Shown: positions 19,497 to 29,795, counted from the first letter of the stretch. The stretch: DNA of 64,000 nucleotides from Ignavibacteriota bacterium (GCA_963801355.1 CAWDEM010000008.1:224001-288000), one strand, 5' to 3'. The notes: generated from the sequence alone by a model not told the origin. Translations and numbers: made by a program.

Positions 19497-21473
19497 ATTT
19501 CGGTGACCAGCGCCCTCCACCGGATCTTGACCGGCTCCGGGGGATGGCGCGGGCACTCCGTCACCGTGGGCCCGACGACTCGGCGATCTACAGGGACCGG
19601 CGGGCCGGGCTGGTACATACCCGGCTATCGATTATTGATCTCACGACCGGTGCGCAGCCTCTCGCGAATCAAGACGAATCACTCTGGATCGTCTACAACG
19701 GCGAGCTGTTCAACTATATCGAGATCAAACGTGATCTTGAAGCCGCCGGCCACGTGTTTCGCACGCGGTCGGATACGGAGGTCGTCCTTCATGCGTATGA
19801 AGAGTACGGCATCGATTGTTTTACCCGTTTCAACGGACAGTGGGCACTGGCCATCTGGAATGTGCGCGAAGGTTCGACTCCTTCTGGCCCGTGACCGCAT
19901 GGGGGTCCGGCCGTTGTTCTTCCATGTGAGCAATAACCGCCTCTGGTTTGCCAGCGAGGTAAAGGCGTTGTTCGCCGACAATGAGGTGCCGCGGACTTTT
20001 TCGTCTTACGGGTTGAATCAGGTGTTCACATTCTGGAGCACGGTGGCGCCTGCGACCGTGTTTGAGGGAGTGAAGCAACTCCGTCCCGGGACCGTGCGCA
20101 TCTATCAGCGCGCTGGCACGTTCAGCCAGAAGTGCGTCTGGGCTCCTGCGTTTGCCGGGGATCAGGCGTCGTCACGCATGCCGTTACGCGATGCCGCCGA
20201 ACGGCTCAAGGAGCGGCTGGTTGAGGCAACGACGCTCAGGCTCACCCGCGCGGATGTGCCGGTCGGGAGTTACCTTTCGGGTGGACTTGACAGTTCGGTG
20301 GTCGCTTCGCTCGGATTGGCGGCGCATCCCGCCGACTACCGCACCTATTCGGTGCGCTTTGCCGATGCCGAGTTCGATGAATCATACTACCAGCGAATGA
20401 TGGCGCGGCACCTGGGAAGCACTCACAGGGAAATCGCAGTGACGCGTTCCGACATTGCGCGCGTGTTTCCTGAGGTGATACGCCACACGGAGGCGCCGGT
20501 CCTTCGGACCGCCCCGGCACCGATGTACATTCTTTCCGGTCTTGTCAGAGAGGACGGCATCAAGGCGGTGTTGACGGGGGAGGGAGCTGACGAGCTACTG
20601 GCCGGCTATGACCTCTTCCGTGAATCGGAAATCAGAAGATTCTGGGGACGCGCGCCGGAGTCCGCCGTGCGGCCGCTTCTCTTCCAGCGGCTTTATCCGT
20701 ATCTTGCACGATCGCCGCAGTCCGCACAGGCGCTGGCCCACAATTTCTGGAAGCAGGGGATTGACCGCACGGACATTGCGTGGTTTTCCCACGAGCCACG
20801 CTGGCGCACGACGATGCAACTCCGGAGATTTCTGCGTCCGGAATTCCGTTCCGTCGAACCGGAGGCGGAGTTCATCGAAGGTGCAGTGCCTTTGCCCGGG
20901 AAGATTTCACAATGGGGATCTCTGGAACGCGCCCAGTACATTGAGATCGTCACTCTCCTCTCGGGATATCTCCTTTCTTCGCAAGGAGACCGGATGCTCA
21001 TGGCACATTCGGTGGAGGGACGGTTTCCGTTTCTGGATGCCGGAGTGATCGACTTTTGTCTTGCGCTTCCTTCAACGCATAAGCTGACCGGTCTCAGGGA
21101 AAAAGTCATTTTGAAAACTCTTGCTCACGGCGTCATTCCGGAAGAAATCATCAACAGGCCGAAACAGCCTTACAGGGCCCCCGACGCGCTGAGTTTTCTT
21201 GTCGATGCGCCGGAGTATGTCGCCGAGATGCTGTCCCCGGAATCGTTGGACAGTGTGGGCGTGTTCGACACCAGGACTGTTACGATGCTCCACGAAAAAT
21301 GCCGCCGGGTCGTCCGGGAACAGGGAAACGACGCGCTGCTGAGCAACACCGACAACATGGGACTGGTGGGAATTCTCTCAACGCAACTGCTGCATCACGA
21401 AATTCTCAGGGGGGGGAATGCGGCCCCTACGCAAGACCGCACGATACCAGAGCGACTCATCGAAAAAACATGA
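19472..21473 (+). pseudogene. asnB: Asparagine synthase-like glutamine amidotransferase split by a one-base frameshift near 19871-19874 (pseudogene or sequencing error)
   Basis: First frame MCGIAG, HRGPD, RLSIIDL, YNGE, SDTEV; second frame LARDRMG, LSGGLDS, TGEGADE, DRMLMAHSVEGRFPFLD. Confidence 0.85.
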
Positions 21474-21733
21474 ATCCAACACACGGTGAAATCCGGACCG
21501 CTGTACTGCGGTTCCTCCAAACGAACCTTCTGTTTGATGAAACCCGGCAGATTCCCGATGCGCAATCCCTGCTCGGCGCAGGCATCGTGGATTCCACGGG
21601 GATACTCGAGTTGATAGGCTTTCTGGAGCAGACGTACGACGTGAAATTTCGTGATGATGAGCTTGTGGCTGAGAACTTCGATTCGCTGGGTGCGATCACT
21701 TCCTTCATGTCTGCAAAACTGAGCGGCACATGA
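21470..21733 (+). CDS. Acyl carrier protein
   Basis: GIVDSTG phosphopantetheine Ser motif, ENFDSL; ATGA overlap with asnB. Confidence 0.9.
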   Translation: MNPTHGEIRTAVLRFLQTNLLFDETRQIPDAQSLLGAGIVDSTGILELIGFLEQTYDVKFRDDELVAENFDSLGAITSFMSAKLSGT

Positions 21734-21769
21734 TCTTCCGGAGTCCGGGGGAAGGCGGAGGAACAGTCC

Positions 21770-23290
21770 ATGCTACTTCATAACTATCTCTCTTACGCGG
21801 CGCAACAGCATCCGAAGAAGACAGCGCTCGTGGCGGGTGGCGGGCGGTGGACGTATCACACCCTGGATGAGCACGCATCTGCAATAGCGGGGCATCTTCA
21901 TGCCCGCGGGCTTGTTCGGGGTGATCGGGTAGCGGTGTATCTGGAGAATAATGTCGAAGAGGTCGCTGCGATTTTTGGTGTGCTGCGTGCCGGCGGGTGT
22001 ATCGTGGTCGTCAATCCGACGACACAGGTTGATCGCCTCGGCTTCATCCTGTCACACTGCGGGGCACGGTTTCTGATCGCACCGGTGGACAAAAAGGGCC
22101 TGGTGTTGCGTGCGATCGAGCAGGGAGCGGGGTCGGCGGAGGTCATATGGGTAGGAGGTGCCCCCCCTGAAGGGAAGGGTGTGTCGTTTGATGATTTTTT
22201 GAAGCCGCTGAAAGCGGTCACGCTGCCACGGGTTATTGACGAAGATCTTGCCTCCATTATCTACACCTCGGGTTCTACCGGTAAGCCGAAGGGGGTGACG
22301 CACCTCCACCGGACCATTGATGTTGCCGTCGACTCCATCATCGAGTATCTCGGGAACAATGATGAAGACGTCATCCTGGACGTGCTTCCGCTCTCGTCCA
22401 GCTACGGGCTCCTGCAGCTGCTTGTCACTGTGAAAACCTGCGCGCGGTTGGTGTTGGAGAAGGGGATCGGATACCCGTTTGAAATCATCAAGAAGATTCG
22501 TGAGGAAAGGGTAACCGGCATGGCCGGGGCGCCGACCGTCTGGGCGATACTCCTGAAGCTGGAGAACATAAGACCGTCTGATGTCGCCTCATTACGGTTT
22601 ATCACGAACGCGGCGGCGGCCTTGCCTGCCAGTTTCGTGCCACGTCTGCGGGCTGCGTTTCCGAAAACGAAGCTCTTTCTCATGCACGGGCTGACGGAAT
22701 GTCTCCGCACAACGTACCTCCCGCCGGATCAACTCGACACCCGTCCGACATCTGTGGGCACGGGCATGCCCAATGTGGAGCTCTGGGTGCAGGATGCGAA
22801 CGGTAACCGTCTCCCGCCGGGGGTTCCGGGCGAGATGGTGGTGCGCGGATCGAACATCATGGCCGGATACTGGGGTGATCCCGAGGCAACGGCCAGGATG
22901 ATTCTCCCCGGGCGCTATCCCTGGGAGCGCATTCTCCGGACAGGCGATCTGTTCAGGTCCGATGAAGAAGGGTACTTCTATTTCGTTGCCCGCAGCGACG
23001 AACTCATCAAGAGCCGGGGCGAAAAGGTCAGTCCGATCGAAGTGGAAGACGTCGTCTACCAGATGCCGGAGGTGCTGGAAGTCCGGGTCATCGGTGTTCC
23101 CGACCAGGTGCTCGGTCAGGCGATCCGTGCAGAAATCGTTCTCAAGGACGGACAGCAGTTAAGCGTGCAGCACGTGAAGGCGCATTGCCACAAGCACCTG
23201 GAAGATTTCAAAGTGCCGCATCAGGTGGAGTTCGTTGCGAGCCTCCCGAAGACGCAGGGGGGGAAAATCAAACGGTCGACGGAATCATGA
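21770..23290 (+). CDS. Class I adenylate-forming enzyme (acyl- or aminoacyl-ACP ligase)
   Basis: YTSGSTGKPKG, HGLTE, RTGD, LPKTQGGKI. Confidence 0.9.
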   Translation: MLLHNYLSYAAQQHPKKTALVAGGGRWTYHTLDEHASAIAGHLHARGLVRGDRVAVYLENNVEEVAAIFGVLRAGGCIVVVNPTTQVDRLGFILSHCGARFLIAPVDKKGLVLRAIEQGAGSAEVIWVGGAPPEGKGVSFDDFLKPLKAVTLPRVIDEDLASIIYTSGSTGKPKGVTHLHRTIDVAVDSIIEYLGNNDEDVILDVLPLSSSYGLLQLLVTVKTCARLVLEKGIGYPFEIIKKIREERVTGMAGAPTVWAILLKLENIRPSDVASLRFITNAAAALPASFVPRLRAAFPKTKLFLMHGLTECLRTTYLPPDQLDTRPTSVGTGMPNVELWVQDANGNRLPPGVPGEMVVRGSNIMAGYWGDPEATARMILPGRYPWERILRTGDLFRSDEEGYFYFVARSDELIKSRGEKVSPIEVEDVVYQMPEVLEVRVIGVPDQVLGQAIRAEIVLKDGQQLSVQHVKAHCHKHLEDFKVPHQVEFVASLPKTQGGKIKRSTES

Positions 23291-24093
23291 AATACTGTCT
23301 CATATGCGCGGTGCTTCTCCTCTCCGGCTGCCGGGGAGATTCGCCGCAGGAAGGTCCATTGAATATGAAGGGCGACGTGTCTGCCGATCTTGCCGCGGTG
23401 AAAACGATGCGGGTATTCTTCGGGCATCAATCGGTGGGGAAAAACCTTCTGGACGGTTTGCTGGAAATCGCCCGGTCGCGGGGTGATTCGGTCCAGATTG
23501 CCGCACTCTCTGCCGATGGCATGCCTGCGGCTGCCGGCATCGCTCATGCATACATTGGCCAGAATCAGGACCCCGGGTCGAAGTGCGATTCCTTCCTGTC
23601 GACGGTGACACGGATCGCCGGTAACGAGCCTGATGTTGTCTCTATGAAATTCTGCTATGTGGATATTGAAGAACGGAGCGACCCGCAAGCAATATTTGAC
23701 CGGTACCGGAAAACGATAGAAGGGGTCCGGGAGGCTGCTCCCCGCGCCAGGATCCTGCACATGACTGCTCCTCTGACTGCCCGGACTCCAACCTGGAAAC
23801 AGTTGGTGAAGAGGCTTCTGGGTCGTGGCGGTTCGGGGGATGAGGCGGCGAAGATGCGGGCGCAGTTCAACCGGTTGATGCGGGAGGGGTTTCCGGGGGA
23901 TGGGCTCTTCGACCTGGCCCGCTATGAGTCGACATTTCCCGATGGCCGGCGTCACACGGTTGACATCGACGGTACCGAAGCAGAGTTCCTGGTGGATGAG
24001 TACACGAGTGATGGCGGGCATTTGAACGAGCGGGGGCGCAGTGCGGTAAGTGGAGAGCTGCTGCATGTTCTGGCATCGATGAAACTTCGCTAA
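23287..24093 (+). CDS. Lipoprotein with an SGNH-like hydrolase/acyltransferase signature
   Basis: Lipobox LLLSGC, FGHQSVG (block I Ser), DGGHLN (DxxH); ATGA overlap with the ligase. Confidence 0.65.
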   Translation: MKYCLICAVLLLSGCRGDSPQEGPLNMKGDVSADLAAVKTMRVFFGHQSVGKNLLDGLLEIARSRGDSVQIAALSADGMPAAAGIAHAYIGQNQDPGSKCDSFLSTVTRIAGNEPDVVSMKFCYVDIEERSDPQAIFDRYRKTIEGVREAAPRARILHMTAPLTARTPTWKQLVKRLLGRGGSGDEAAKMRAQFNRLMREGFPGDGLFDLARYESTFPDGRRHTVDIDGTEAEFLVDEYTSDGGHLNERGRSAVSGELLHVLASMKLR

Positions 24094-24184
24094 GGTGATG
24101 GCCTCAGTGTAAGGAGTGGTATTTGTTTGACTTCGGAAGATTTGTATATTATTGTCGTTGAGCAACGCCCGGAAGGAACACGGC

Positions 24185-24544
24185 ATGCCGAAGATTCTTG
24201 TGATCGATGACGACGAGATCACGCTGGCCCTGATGCACAATGTGTTGGAGGACGAGGGGTACGAGATCTGTTCTACGGCGGATGGTCCGCAGGGGATACA
24301 GATTTACAGGGAGCGTGAGCCGGATGTTGTCATCCTGGATCTTGCGTTGCCGAGTATGAACGGGTTGGAGGTGTTGCGGAAGATCCGGAAGCAGGATCCG
24401 GACGCGAAGATCATTGTTGTCACCGGGCACGGATCGGAAGAGTCGGCGAAGGTTGCGTTGAAGTATGGAGCGTGGGGTTACATTGAAAAGCCGGTGGATT
24501 TTTCCACGTTTCTGCATCAAATCCGCACTGCGGCGGAGCCGTGA
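24185..24544 (+). CDS. Single-domain response regulator
   Basis: LVIDDD, ILDLALP, VTG, IEKP; upstream TTGACT-N17-TATTGT at 24127-24155. Confidence 0.9.
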   Translation: MPKILVIDDDEITLALMHNVLEDEGYEICSTADGPQGIQIYREREPDVVILDLALPSMNGLEVLRKIRKQDPDAKIIVVTGHGSEESAKVALKYGAWGYIEKPVDFSTFLHQIRTAAEP

Positions 24545-24577
24545 GGGCGCGATGTGGTGGGAGGCGGGCTTTCGCGA

Positions 24578-24606
24578 TTGATATTCCCCTGTCATTTTGC
24601 TAAATT
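24578..24606 (+). promoter_or_regulatory. sigma70-type promoter for tRNA-Lys
   Basis: TTGATA-N17-TAAATT. Confidence 0.55.
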
Positions 24607-24637
24607 GAAGGCCTTCAAAACAGCCCAACAAGGGCTC

Positions 24638-24709
24638 GGGCGCGTAGCTCAGGGGTAGAGCATCTGCCTTTTAAGCAGAGGGTCGGTGGTTCGAGCCCAC
24701 CCGCGCTCA
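24638..24709 (+). tRNA. tRNA-Lys(UUU), CCA not encoded
   Basis: Acceptor GGGCGCG/CGCGCTC, D arm GCTC/GAGC, anticodon arm TCTGC-CTTTTAA-GCAGA, T arm GGTGG-TTCGAGC-CCACC. Confidence 0.96.
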
Positions 24710-25204
24710 CAAAGTAAATCAATGGGTTAGTGGTTCTCTCAGCTCTTCATTATATCCCCCCGGTTCTCCTTCTTCAAACGGTCCAACCAAATTGCTGTCT
24801 TGACAGGTCTCCGGCAAGACGAAATGCTCAATCCGCCCTCCAGGATCTATTCCTTGGCAAGTTACTGGCACTTGAGTTGGCATGAAACGGTGAAATTTCA
24901 GGAGCTTGACTTTCGTTGCCTGGGTTGCTATGTTGGTGCCACATAGGTCTCCATTCGGTGGACGGGACGGTTGCCGTATGAGACCTGAGGGCGCAAGTCC
25001 GATTTTTGCCTCTGCTCTTACACTCCCATCTCTCGCGCGGTCCTTCCAGCCACATCAGTCCTCGTCGTAGTATCTGTCGTATGGCTCGAGGATGGAGTGT
25101 GTCTGCTGTCAAGTGCATCTGGCAATCGTCCTACCCAACGACTCATCGAGTCCTGCTTCAAACCGCAGTCATTCCAGCGCCGAGTCCGTAGAAAGGACGA
25201 AAAG

Positions 25205-27157
25205 ATGAGAACGCAATCCACATGTCTCGCTGGCTTGCTCCTTCTGGTTTCCGTCGGTACATCCGCACAATGGGTCGAAACAAACGGGCCCTCCAGTGGC
25301 ACCGTCATGTGCTTGGCAACGAACGGCGCAAAGCTCTTTGCCGGGTCTTCGGGGGGGGTATTCCTTTCCACCAATAGAGGCACGGATTGGACTGCAGTCA
25401 AGACAGGTCTGCCCTCGACGACTGTATATTCCCTTTTTGCCAACGGATCGGATCTCTTCGCAGGGACAAACAGCGGTGTCTATGTGTCGACGAATGACGG
25501 CGCAAACTGGAAAGCGGCGAATGTCGGACTGACAACCGCGAGGGTATATGCCTTTGTAGTGAGGGACACGAATCTCCTCGTGGGGACCTCTCGGGGAGTG
25601 TTTCTGTCGACCGACACGGGCACTACGTGGCTTGCCATGAATGGTGGGCTGACGAGCACTGATGTCCGAGCTCTTGTGCTCAGCGGCACGAATCTCCACG
25701 CTGGAACAGCAGGGGGAGGTGTGTTTCTCTCGACCGATAACGGCGCAAGCTGGACGGAGAAAAGTGTAGGACTCTCAAACAAGAACGTCAGGTCACTCGC
25801 GCTCATTGGTGCAACGCTCTTTGCAGGGACTTTTGGCGGCGGAGTGTTTTGTTCGACCGATAGTGGCGGGAGTTGGACACCCGTGAATTCCGGCGTCTGG
25901 GAACTGTATGTCCAATGCCTTGCAGTCAGCGGCACAGATCTCTTAGCAGGAACGTGGGCTGGCGGCGTGTTTCTCTCTTCTGATCGTGGAGGAAGCTGGA
26001 TACCGGCGAATGCCGGTCTGTCCGGTACGGACGTCTATTCTCTCGCTCTCGATGACACGAATCTCTATGCTGGCACCACGAAAAAGAACGTGTGGAGGCG
26101 GGCACTATCAGAAATGCACACTCAAGTGCACATCAGTCCATCGTTTTCCCATGTGTGCAGCTTTGACGGCAATGGGGATCGCGCAGAAGTTCCCGATGCT
26201 CCAACGTTACGCTTTGGCAAAGACACAAGTTTCACAGTCGAATTGTGGTTCAAAAAGAAGAGAGATTGGGCTTTCAACCTGGTGAACAAGGAAGGTCAGT
26301 CGGGAGGGTGGATGCTCGACCTGGGGTACTATCAATCGTCATCCCAGACCTTGTATCTTTGGGCCCTCCATATGCAGTTCGGCGGCGGGTATGCGCTTAT
26401 TCAGAACAGCTTCGGGATATACAAGGACATATGGTGCCACATGGCTATGGCTGTGAATCGCAGTTTGGACAGGACGGATATCTACGTCGATAGAGAGGAT
26501 CTAGCACACTATGAGTACGGATTCAGCAGTTGGCCCTCTGCGGACTATAATGTTAATGCAGACGGCATGTGCCTCGCCGTGGGCGGCCGTCCTAATACCA
26601 TGGCCTCCGCTGATTGGTTCGACGGGGAGATTGATGAAGTGCGTGTGTGGAACACCGCGAGGAGCAGAGCTCAGATTCAGGCGACAATGAAGGATACTCT
26701 GGGGCCAGAATACTACGCGAGTGCGGATAGTGGTCTCGTGTTGTACCTCCGCTTTGAACAATTGGAGAATCTGGGGATCGGAGGTGAGGGCCGGGATGTC
26801 CGGGATCTTTCAGTTGCAGGCAATCACGCGGCAATGAAAGGTGATGCCCGGGTTGTCAGTCATATCCAGGAATCGGCTATAGTGAATCGTGAAAACAGTT
26901 ACCGGGTGCTCCAGAACTACCCGAACCCTTTCAACCCGAGCACGACCATCAAGTTTGAGTTGCCCAAGTCCTCGGAAGTGAGATTGAGTGTGTACGATAT
27001 GCTCGGTCGTGAGGTGACTGTACTCGTGAATGAGAGGAGGGACGCGGGAGTTCACGAGGTCAAGTTCGACGCATCCGGTCTTTCCAGCGGCGTGTACTTC
27101 TACCGACTACAAGCGAGAGAGTTTGTCTCAACGAAGCGTATGGTGGTTCTGAAGTAG
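25205..27157 (+). CDS. Secreted protein: BNR/Asp-box beta-propeller + LamG-like domain + T9SS type A CTD
   Basis: Signal peptide, repeated GVFLSTDxGxxW, FDGEIDEVRVWN, QNYPNPFNPSTTI..GVYFYRL..KRMVVLK. Confidence 0.88.
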   Translation: MRTQSTCLAGLLLLVSVGTSAQWVETNGPSSGTVMCLATNGAKLFAGSSGGVFLSTNRGTDWTAVKTGLPSTTVYSLFANGSDLFAGTNSGVYVSTNDGANWKAANVGLTTARVYAFVVRDTNLLVGTSRGVFLSTDTGTTWLAMNGGLTSTDVRALVLSGTNLHAGTAGGGVFLSTDNGASWTEKSVGLSNKNVRSLALIGATLFAGTFGGGVFCSTDSGGSWTPVNSGVWELYVQCLAVSGTDLLAGTWAGGVFLSSDRGGSWIPANAGLSGTDVYSLALDDTNLYAGTTKKNVWRRALSEMHTQVHISPSFSHVCSFDGNGDRAEVPDAPTLRFGKDTSFTVELWFKKKRDWAFNLVNKEGQSGGWMLDLGYYQSSSQTLYLWALHMQFGGGYALIQNSFGIYKDIWCHMAMAVNRSLDRTDIYVDREDLAHYEYGFSSWPSADYNVNADGMCLAVGGRPNTMASADWFDGEIDEVRVWNTARSRAQIQATMKDTLGPEYYASADSGLVLYLRFEQLENLGIGGEGRDVRDLSVAGNHAAMKGDARVVSHIQESAIVNRENSYRVLQNYPNPFNPSTTIKFELPKSSEVRLSVYDMLGREVTVLVNERRDAGVHEVKFDASGLSSGVYFYRLQAREFVSTKRMVVLK

Positions 27158-27236
27158 CTCCCCCACCGACTGCACCTGATGCCGCATGAAATTGAGCGAG
27201 CGTGAGCGCCGCAGGCAAGCCGCGGCCCTCAAACGC
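27158..27236 (+). mobile_element. Degenerate integron attC-like site
   Basis: cgactgcacctgatgccgc...gcgccgcaggcaagccgc resembles attC inner L boxes; the outer AAC/GTT cores are eroded. Confidence 0.45.
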
Positions 27237-27276
27237 TTGATCGTCATTGGACATGCAGCTCAGAAGAAGGGGACCT

Positions 27277-27645
27277 ATGAAACTCGCGAAATGGGTTTTT
27301 CTAATTGCTGGTATCCTGGGATTACTGTCCGCGATTCCTCTCGCTTTTGCTGAGAAGGTGATGGCGGTGAAACAGCCGGAGTTCTACTATGGGTTCGTTT
27401 TTCTGAATATCTGTTGGCAGATTCTCTATCTGTTCATATTCTTAGATCCGGTTCGCTATCGGCCGATGATGATTCCAGCGTTTCTGGCAAAAAGCAGTGG
27501 GACGGTTGCCCTGACGTGGTTGTATCTGCTGGGACGAGTGCCCAGTCATTGGATCGCAATAGGCACTGTCGATGGGGTCTTCGCTGTCATGTTCCTGGTC
27601 GCGTTTTGGGCCACGCGCAATGACTCCAAGGAGCGGGCAACCTGA
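27277..27645 (+). CDS. Small 4-TM membrane protein of unknown function (cassette-like)
   Basis: Four hydrophobic segments, PEFYYGF and DPVRYRPMM motifs, SD upstream. Confidence 0.75.
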   Translation: MKLAKWVFLIAGILGLLSAIPLAFAEKVMAVKQPEFYYGFVFLNICWQILYLFIFLDPVRYRPMMIPAFLAKSSGTVALTWLYLLGRVPSHWIAIGTVDGVFAVMFLVAFWATRNDSKERAT

Positions 27646-27716
27646 CCAGCGGCCGCACGTGACCCCACGTGGAGATAGACTAATGTAAGTCACTCGCGTG
27701 AGCCCGACAGCCCCTT
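27640..27716 (+). mobile_element. Degenerate attC-like site overlapping the ORF stop codon
   Basis: cctgaccagcggccgcacgtgacc parallels CCTAACAAGCGGCTGCACCTGAC with the stop at the usual position; 3' half gtgagcc. Confidence 0.4.
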
Positions 27717-27986
27717 CACAACCGATTCTACGACGGGAAATCAGCAGTTGAGTTGGGGTATTTCGAGCTGTCTCTGTCAGGGGGTATCCGAGGCGGGGTC
27801 GCTGGGAGATCGTCCGGAAAACCGATGCTGAGTCGGGTTTTCAACAGGATTCCCTTCAAAGGAAGTCTCGATTGAGGTTCTTGCTTCAAGCTAGGTTGTT
27901 CAAGTGGATGAACTCGACCATACTGGATGCCGCAAAGGTTGCTGCCTCAGAGGAAAGTCGCGGACACTAGCTAGCAATTCGGCTAG

Positions 27987-28015
27987 TTGACATTGCATGT
28001 TGGCCGGAGTATATT
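27987..28015 (+). promoter_or_regulatory. sigma70-type promoter
   Basis: TTGACA-N17-TATATT, about 265 nt upstream of the next ATG. Confidence 0.65.
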
Positions 28016-28281
28016 TGGTCAGTTGTATGCACGATGGCTTCCACAGCCATCGAGCCGCCGCTGTTTGACCCTGTACTAGTTGGTCTGCACTAGAGCCTCC
28101 TCCGACGACCCCCTGGCTGACAAGCCGATAAGTACCCCGATAGTGTCTTGGCACGATTGCTCAATGGCTTGATGTAGGAGTCAGCGAGCCGCCGAGTGTT
28201 ACTGCGATACCGCCCTACCCGACGACCCACCGACAACTACCAGGTCAGCATCTACCTACAACCACCCTTAGGGAGGTCAAT

Positions 28282-28740
28282 ATGCGAAAGCTATGCTTGG
28301 TCGTTGCAGTCCTTATGTTGCTTCCTTCTGCGTACCTCTTTTCGCAAGAATGGTCAGCGGCCCAGAAGGAAGTCTGGAAGAATGTGGAAGCCTACAGCGC
28401 TTTGGCTGATGCGGGGAATGTCGAGGGATTTATGGCCTATGTCCACAATGACTACCTCGGCTGGAACTATCAAAGTGCATTGCCAAACGACAAAGCCACA
28501 GTGAGAAAATTCGTGGAGTTTCAATTCAAAAACTCGAAGACACTTCTGACAAGCATCAAACCCGCAGCGATTGGTGTTTTCGGAAATGTCGCTTACGTCC
28601 ACTACTATTGGATGGCTGCCTACAAGGATGCGGAGGGGAAGGAGAAATGGGAATCAGGTCGCTACACCGACATCCTCATGAAGCAAGGGGACAAGTGGGT
28701 GATGATTGGCGACCACGGCGGGAGGACATCGAAAGAATAG
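28282..28740 (+). CDS. Secreted NTF2-like (DUF4440/SnoaL-type) protein
   Basis: Signal peptide, GNVAYVHY, GRYTDILMKQGDKWVMIGDH; SD GGGAGG. Confidence 0.8.
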   Translation: MRKLCLVVAVLMLLPSAYLFSQEWSAAQKEVWKNVEAYSALADAGNVEGFMAYVHNDYLGWNYQSALPNDKATVRKFVEFQFKNSKTLLTSIKPAAIGVFGNVAYVHYYWMAAYKDAEGKEKWESGRYTDILMKQGDKWVMIGDHGGRTSKE

Positions 28741-28830
28741 CGGACAATTGGACATCACGGTCGTGTGGTCCGCGCGCCGTGCAGCTTCACAAACGGTGAA
28801 GCAATCAACATCATTATGGGAGAACTAACC

Positions 28831-29334
28831 ATGAGACCAGTCTTCTTCTCAGCTCTTTTTGTCAGTATCGGCCTCCTGATGGGGTGCCAACAATCCCCTG
28901 ACCCGGTACGAGAGGCGACTGCAAAACTCAAGCCTGTGGTGGAGGCCTACGTTCAAGTATGGAACACGGGGAATCTCAGCGCTCTCGACGGAATCTGCGT
29001 TCCGCAAGTCGTGCGCCATGATAGGACGACCGATGTGTCCAGGGGGTTAGATTCACTGAAGGGGGTCATTGCGTCCATCCGCGGGATGTATCCGGACTTC
29101 AAAGTGACCATCGAAGAGGAATTCTTTTTGCCAGACCACGCAATGGTGCGCTGGAGCATCACCGGCACGAACACTGGTCCGGGAGGGTTTACCCCGACCG
29201 GGAAGTCATTCAAGGCAACCGGGTTGAGCCTGAGCCGCTTCGAGAACGGCAAGCTCGCAGAAGAACACGCAGAGTATGACAGGTCCTCTGTCCTACTGCA
29301 GCTCGGTGTCCAGCAACCGCCTCTGGCCAAATGA
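28831..29334 (+). CDS. SnoaL-like ester cyclase family lipoprotein
   Basis: Lipobox LLMGC, WNTGNL, YPDF, RWSITGTNTG, PTGK, RFENGK. Confidence 0.85.
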   Translation: MRPVFFSALFVSIGLLMGCQQSPDPVREATAKLKPVVEAYVQVWNTGNLSALDGICVPQVVRHDRTTDVSRGLDSLKGVIASIRGMYPDFKVTIEEEFFLPDHAMVRWSITGTNTGPGGFTPTGKSFKATGLSLSRFENGKLAEEHAEYDRSSVLLQLGVQQPPLAK

Positions 29335-29795
29335 TCAAAAGCAGCCGTTTTGGTGAAGAAAACTAGGACAGCAGGAGGGTCCACGGCAACATTTCTTATT
29401 GCAGGTCTCGCACGTGGAGGCTCATGCGTATCCGCCTAATTCACTTTCACAAATCATCAGAAAGGGCACAGTTACCGGGGCCAATTCCAATTCAAGTGCG
29501 TTTGATTCTCTTACACCGGCAGCAGGTTTGGGACCTGATGGAACGCCTGGCCACGCCTGGAGCAATCAAGTAAGTAGGTTCACGAAAGTGCATGGTCATC
29601 TTGCCATCGATGGATGCGCTGTTGAAAACATCAAATTGCAGGCAGTCGGACATTGATTGCCTTGTTGACACAAAGAGCGTTCGTTGTTTCAGGTGAGCAT
29701 TATTGCTGAAAAGAAGAAAACGTAACACGACGCTCCGGGTCACCACAGGCCGGGAACGAAGCTTCTTGCCTTTGCGTTATTCTGTTTATTGCGTT

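Noticed and set aside
19860-19894. Programmed frameshift in asnB
   Set aside because: No slippery heptamer, homopolymer run or stimulatory structure is visible; an indel is simpler
25330-26080. Recurring GVFLSTDxGxxW DNA similarity
   Set aside because: Ordinary BNR/Asp-box propeller blades
29424-29573. 49-aa ORF MRIRLIHFHK... with upstream GGAGG
   Set aside because: The SD is only 3 nt from the ATG and there is no recognisable motif; cannot be supported
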